A DNA stretch of 64,000 nt from Trichodelitschia bisporula. Its lineage: Eukaryota. Positions 59,106 through 64,000 of this stretch are shown here, piece after piece. A model generated the notes under the pieces. It had not been told where the DNA came from and ran no database searches. It saw only the letters and a program-made list of their open reading frames with translations. Made by a program: the position numbers and the translations under genes. Position 1 is the first letter of the stretch. Every line of letters starts with the position of its first letter. The stretch is taken from NCBI GenBank assembly GCA_010356995.1, contig ML996704.1:124001-188000 (forward strand), written 5' to 3'.

Positions 59106-61310
59106 CTACTTCATCCGAATCGTCTTCACTACTGGCGCTGCCCTTTCCAGAGTCAATCCCAGCTCCACAAACAGCCGTACCTTGGTGACCCTCATAGCCA
59201 CATCTCCGTCCCACTCAAGCAGAAGCATGTAAACGTACTCCCGAACCGGGCCGTCCGCATAATTCTTCAATCGCAGCCTCTCCACCACCAAGAAGTCGTA
59301 CATCCCAGTCGTTAACGTATTGTGGTGAGGGCTATTCCGCTCCCTCACTATCCCCAGCATCTCATCCGTCCCTGGCACGAATGCCTCACTGAACGGCTCA
59401 CATCGAATGTCCAGTCTGATCACCGTCGCCTCAACAGTAAGGACCCGCTCATCGGCATCAATGTCGACAAATCGCACCACCCTGTCTGTCCCCAGGTCTT
59501 CTCTCCTAGACATTTTGGGCTTGACGCGGCGCATCAAATCCAGTGGATCCGAGTAGGTTACACGTCCTGCCCATCCCGCCCAGGACCACGAAGGGAACGC
59601 CGGCCGGCGCTTGGGCTTGACATCCCAGGGATGGAACCAGCGTAGCGCCTGCGGGAATTCTCGCAGCGGGAGCCCACACACAAAGTCAGCAGAGAAACAC
59701 GATTTGCGCAGCCAATGGAGGATCCCCCGAAAGGCGTTCAGCGAGTCCGAGTCGTGGGTCATGCGCCGCTCGGTATAGAGAGCCAAGGTGCTGCGGTATT
59801 CGGTCTCAGCAGGGAGCGATTCGTCCCTGGATGGCTGCGATTGTAAAGCTTGAGTTGCCTGTGCATGCACTTAGCGCCGTCTATCGCTCTTTAAGCGGCT
59901 TACTTTCAGCGCATTGGTGCCCTCCGCGCGAGGCCCTCTCAAATATCCCCCCGGATCAGTCTCTTCATCGACAGCTTCGCAGAAGGCCGATGAATTGCAG
60001 AGAAAGTGAACCTGATCTCGCGCGAATATCAGCCTACAGCAGGCGAAGAAGATCTCCTGAACCGTCCAAGCCCGCGTCCAATATTCCGACCCGTACAGCG
60101 CAGCTTCATATACCGGACCAACCGTTCGGAAGTCTCTACCCTCAATCCCATCCACCGCCTGCGGTACCCGTGCTAAGCTCACCCCCGGAAGCCCCGTGTT
60201 TGAATGCTTGCCACTGACGGCGATAATCGTCGTCATGGCGCATGAGTAGATCACATCCATCATCGCAAGCTGCGTCTTCTGCTGCGGCGTGGGCTTCTGA
60301 TCGACGCAGAGCGCATCGACCTGTAAAGTCAGCGCGTCCTTCGAAGACGGAGAACGTACCCAGAGGTATTTGCATCCCAGCCCCTTCGTCACCGTAATCG
60401 CATCCTCGATGGTCTTGGGCAGTGTGCCAGCCTCTAGCGCTCCATCTGCCGGATGAATCCCACCCCACACATAGCTCAGCGCCACGTACTCGCACGGCGA
60501 CGGACAGGGTACGACACGCCGGGCTTGCACGTCGATCATGCGCGTGGTAGGAATGAGCGCATCATCCCACGTTCGGCGACAGTGGGTGTCGTGGCTTTCG
60601 GCACACTGCTTCAGCCAGTGCCTGAGCCGCGCGTAGTCCACAGTCGGGTCCACAGGCCGCGCCCGTAGGGCCAGCCTCTCATCCCTGAAACCCGGCGCAA
60701 CCGACAGGCTGAAGGCATCATTTACCGCGTCCCTCATGACCATAGAGTCCAGCTCCGTCATACGCGCCTGGCTCTCACGCTCTGAAGTCACAACCCCAAA
60801 CCACACGGCATACTTCGCCTTGACCTCGGCCGGGACATCCCGCTCAGAATTCGACTGGCGATCATACGCCGGGAATGGCCGAAGGTAAAATGCGCGTTCC
60901 GCCAGCTCATACTGCTCATCCAGCTCGTCGGTCGGAAAGACGTAGAAAATGAGGCGGCACAGCGGACAGTCGGAGCGTATATCCAGACTCTTAAACTCCC
61001 CGAGGTGCAGAGTGTGCGCGAAGAGCTGGCGCTTTAGATCGTTGGTTAGGGTATGCGTCTGATTGCTATAGAGGTCCATGCGTTCTCCATATGCGCTTTC
61101 GTCCATTAGTGTGCTGAGCGAGCACTTTTCCAGAAGTGGATACGCCGCGCAGCGTAGACAGAGGTTACTACTCGCGGCACGGTAGGAGGCCAGCAGTGCG
61201 GCTTCTTGCGCCTTGTCGAAGGTGGGTTTCGGGGTCGGAGATGTCCAGCGGTGGCAGAGAGATGTGGGGTGGCCTGGGGTGCGGCAGTAGAGGCAGAGAG
61301 TGGTTGCCAT
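59106..61310 (-). CDS. HET-domain (heterokaryon incompatibility family) protein with N-terminal CCHC zinc knuckle
   Basis: RMIDV...EYVALSYVWG...LPKTIEDAITVT..LG.KYLWVDALCVDQ...MDVIYS.A..TIIA, WTRAWTVQE, YTER.MT.DSD.LNAF.GI, FPSWSWAGW. Introns 60321-60359 and 59859-59903. Confidence 0.92.
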
Positions 61311-61749
61311 GGATGCTTGTGTAGTGCTGTCACCGGCTGAAAGAGGGGTGGGCTGGGTTTTTGCGAGGACTTATAGCTTCAGTAGTGCGGATGGATGCTC
61401 CTCCAGTGCTCTTCGGAGAAATTACGATGCCAGCCTTGAATGAGGGGCCAAGCTGACATGGGAATCGTCGACAATACATCCGGAGGCGCCCCGCGATGCA
61501 TGGTCAAATGAATGAGGCTGTGCCGTTGGCAGCCTCTGACTGGCAGGGCTTTGTCTCCGGCTTCGCTTAACTTCACGTCACGGCAGCCGGTCGTCCTTCT
61601 TAAGTACCGAGCAAAGTTTCGGCAGCTCTGTGCATTTTTGAAACGCCATGGAGGATGTTCTAGTATTCGGAAGGTTGCTTCCTCGTCTCTGTACCCAGTG
61701 TCTGATTTTGACGTCGTTATGGCTTCGCTCCGCACCTAATGAAAGCATC

Positions 61750-61950
61750 GGCTTGACACGTACAACGGCTAGGGTGGGAAGTGAAAGTTTGACAAAAGAC
61801 GAAGAGAAGAAGAGAGTCAAGAGACGCTCGAGACTAAATGCATGGTGGTGCCAAGTGTCCTCCTATGTACCTTCCCCCCATCACCCGCACATTACATCAT
61901 GTTCCTTCCCGCATAGCAATGCTCCTGCCTTACCAACATCAAGCTCACGT
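61750..61950. repeat. Dispersed repeat copy B (paralogous to ~34840-35040)
   Basis: Same 25-nt core and alignable flanks as copy A. Confidence 0.8.
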
Positions 61951-62039
61951 ACCGAGCTGAAGGATTGCTGGTAAGCTCGGCTGAGAATTATTCTCTGCGA
62001 AACAAGCGTCACATATACTGGTGTCAAGATCCACTTCAT

Positions 62040-64000
62040 GGGTGATGCCTCCGTATTTATCCAACTTTGTCTATTCTAGTTCTAATGGACGTCTAGACAA
62101 GACCGGGCCCTGACGTCCCGTTGATTGCGCATGCCGATGAGTTCTTCACACCACCTACACCTTCCTTGCCCTACAGATAGCACAGATCGAGATCATCCTC
62201 CGGCTGTCCATGAAAAAAAGGCCAGTTGCGACAAGGACTGGACGGTATTCAGGCTAAGTCGGGTTGCCCTAAGATACTAGCCGTCGTCAGTAACACAGTT
62301 ACAAGCAGCCAGTTCAATTTACTCACTAGAAATTTGGACCCGATACCATGGTTGTTCAGCGCGGCTTCGATGATGTGCAGGACGTTGGTGAACTGAAAGA
62401 AGACGTTGCCATGTCCGGTATATATGCCGTTCAAAGCGTGTCCGTTGTCCGGGATTTAGCTGTTTGCCACATTGGTCAGAGGAAGTTGTCGTGGAGAACT
62501 AGTATATAGAAGGACCTCTGCGTTGCCGAGCAGAAAGCATTGGCGGTTGCGGGAGGACCAGGCAGACCTGAAAGACAATGATCGATCTGACGAGCTCACG
62601 GTATTCCTTTCGTCGGCTTCGCCGTCCTCCGCGGCTTCGCGCGCCGTCATGGCCGCTTGTTAGTCGTCTGTCCCATCCTGAGCCATATCGATGACATCCT
62701 GCTTGATCTTGTGGCGCAAACCAGCCTTTTCACTGGAAAGAGGGAGACGCTTGTTGTTATTGGAACCCCGGAAAAAGTATAATTTCCCGCATGCTGTTCC
62801 TGACGACCAGGTGAAGTCTGAACCGTCGGAAGCCATCTCCGTTATATATTTTGGAGGATTGCGGGCAACGGAGCCTCGCAAGCACGAGTACGCAAGTGGA
62901 CCGCAAAACTTCGGGCGGCGAGGCAAGCCCAATGCCTGCTCGCATGATGGCAATGCAGTCGGGGATGATATAGATGTTGGCGGTGCCGATCGTAATGCGT
63001 CAGCGTATTATATGCTAGAATGGTCGTAGAGTCAGCTTGTATTCTCCTTGCATGTCCAGGTCATGATGGCTTCTAGCAAGGTGTGCGAGTATATTCAACG
63101 TCATGGCTGCCGCTGAAAGGGACCTCATAGTTCTCAACAGTCGACAACATACCTTCATATATATTGACATGCGTCGACTTGCGCCTTTCTTGGACGTCTT
63201 CGAGTCTTCGGCACCGGTGTCAGAAGGCCGTGATCCGTTGCTTGAAGCAGTAGGGTAGCGTGGCATGGTGAGGAAGCCCGAGGGTCTTTGCTAGCAGCAA
63301 TCAAAAGCGCAGTCGCTGTCGACATTCGATAGGAAGCCCCGAAATCCGATCCTTGTATTTAAGAATCGGCACACGCGCTTTCGTGATGCAGTTCTCACTG
63401 CCTGGACGAGACGTCCCTTTTATTGTAACCTTGTCTTTGTTGAAGATAACAAAAGATTGGTTGGTATAGAGCGGTTACTATGGATGAGGAGTGGAGAATT
63501 TCATGGTGAGGATGTAAAAGGTTAGGAAATCCATAGACCTCCACATTCAAGTAAAGCCATTTGAACAAGTGAATTGACCCGGTGACATTGTTATTCTAGG
63601 GGATACCGTGCACTAGCAATAACTTTAAACCGCCGCTCGAGGTTGTACCCCAAGAAGCCTCCGGGAAGTATGGTTTGGGAAGGTGCGATGAAGGTTAGAG
63701 TTCCTTCGGGAATGCCAGGACTTTCTGCCTTACCGGAAGGAATATTGATCGGGCGCATCATGGCCTAGCCCAAGCAACCACTAGTCCATTCTTTCGAGAC
63801 CGCATTACAGCAGCACGGCAGTAAGTTCTCCAGAGATATCAAGGCTTCAATGCGCCATACAGTTGTACCTTACACTTTATCAAAACATTCGAGAATGCGC
63901 CTGAAATTAAATCCTCTCAGGCAAGCCCAAGCCAAACCACATCTAAGGTTCGATGCTCATAGGTGCCAGCACGTCGTCCATCTGTGCCAGCTCGTCGTCG
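62040..64000 (-). pseudogene. Heavily degraded SNF2-family helicase relic
   Basis: Collinear motif remnants across frames: YEHRTLDVVWL (Q-motif-like), LLGLG, TLTFIAPS, GT..Q...VCRFL, VFFQFTNVLHIIEAALNNHGIG (FSQF motif), VTVLLTT...LSLN, THR..NQRDVR...SIRTRI. Confidence 0.5.

Noticed and set aside
1..64000. CRISPR arrays, prokaryotic operons or defence systems, secondary-metabolite cluster, intact transposon
   Set aside because: Sequence is intron-rich fungal DNA; no repeat-spacer array, PKS/NRPS, or intact transposase, RT or integrase was seen.

Overview
Eukaryotic genomic DNA from a filamentous ascomycete (probably a Dothideomycete; inferred from protein style). It is GC-rich and compact, with many very short GT-AG introns (about 39-75 nt) carrying CTRAC branch points, so the ORF track fragments most genes. 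Recognisable genes in order: a conserved small protein, SET2, GABA transaminase (UGA1), a BC10/BLCAP-family protein, an M1 aminopeptidase (APE2-like), a ~9 kb gene-poor tract of degenerate fragments (MULE transposase and RecQ relics), the formin SepA/BNI1, a small membrane protein, formate dehydrogenase, a multi-TM membrane protein, the complex I 75/78 kDa subunit, a PEX39-like protein, CDC50, a disrupted M43 metalloprotease (with a 60-N gap), Byr4, an XRCC4-like gene, an intron-containing tRNA-Ile(AAT), TRS130, a HET-domain gene and a decayed SNF2-type helicase relic. Most interesting observations: (1) a HET-domain protein with a perfect N-terminal CCHC zinc knuckle; (2) a stop-free 150-nt FDH intron right after the ATG that encodes a mitochondrial-type presequence if retained; (3) an unusually long, hairpin-rich XRCC4 intron that may host an ncRNA; (4) a candidate hydrophobic uORF ending just before the BC10 ATG; (5) a RecQ/MULE in-frame chimera and a transition-dominated dispersed repeat. 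All family calls come from motif recognition by eye; no searches were run.
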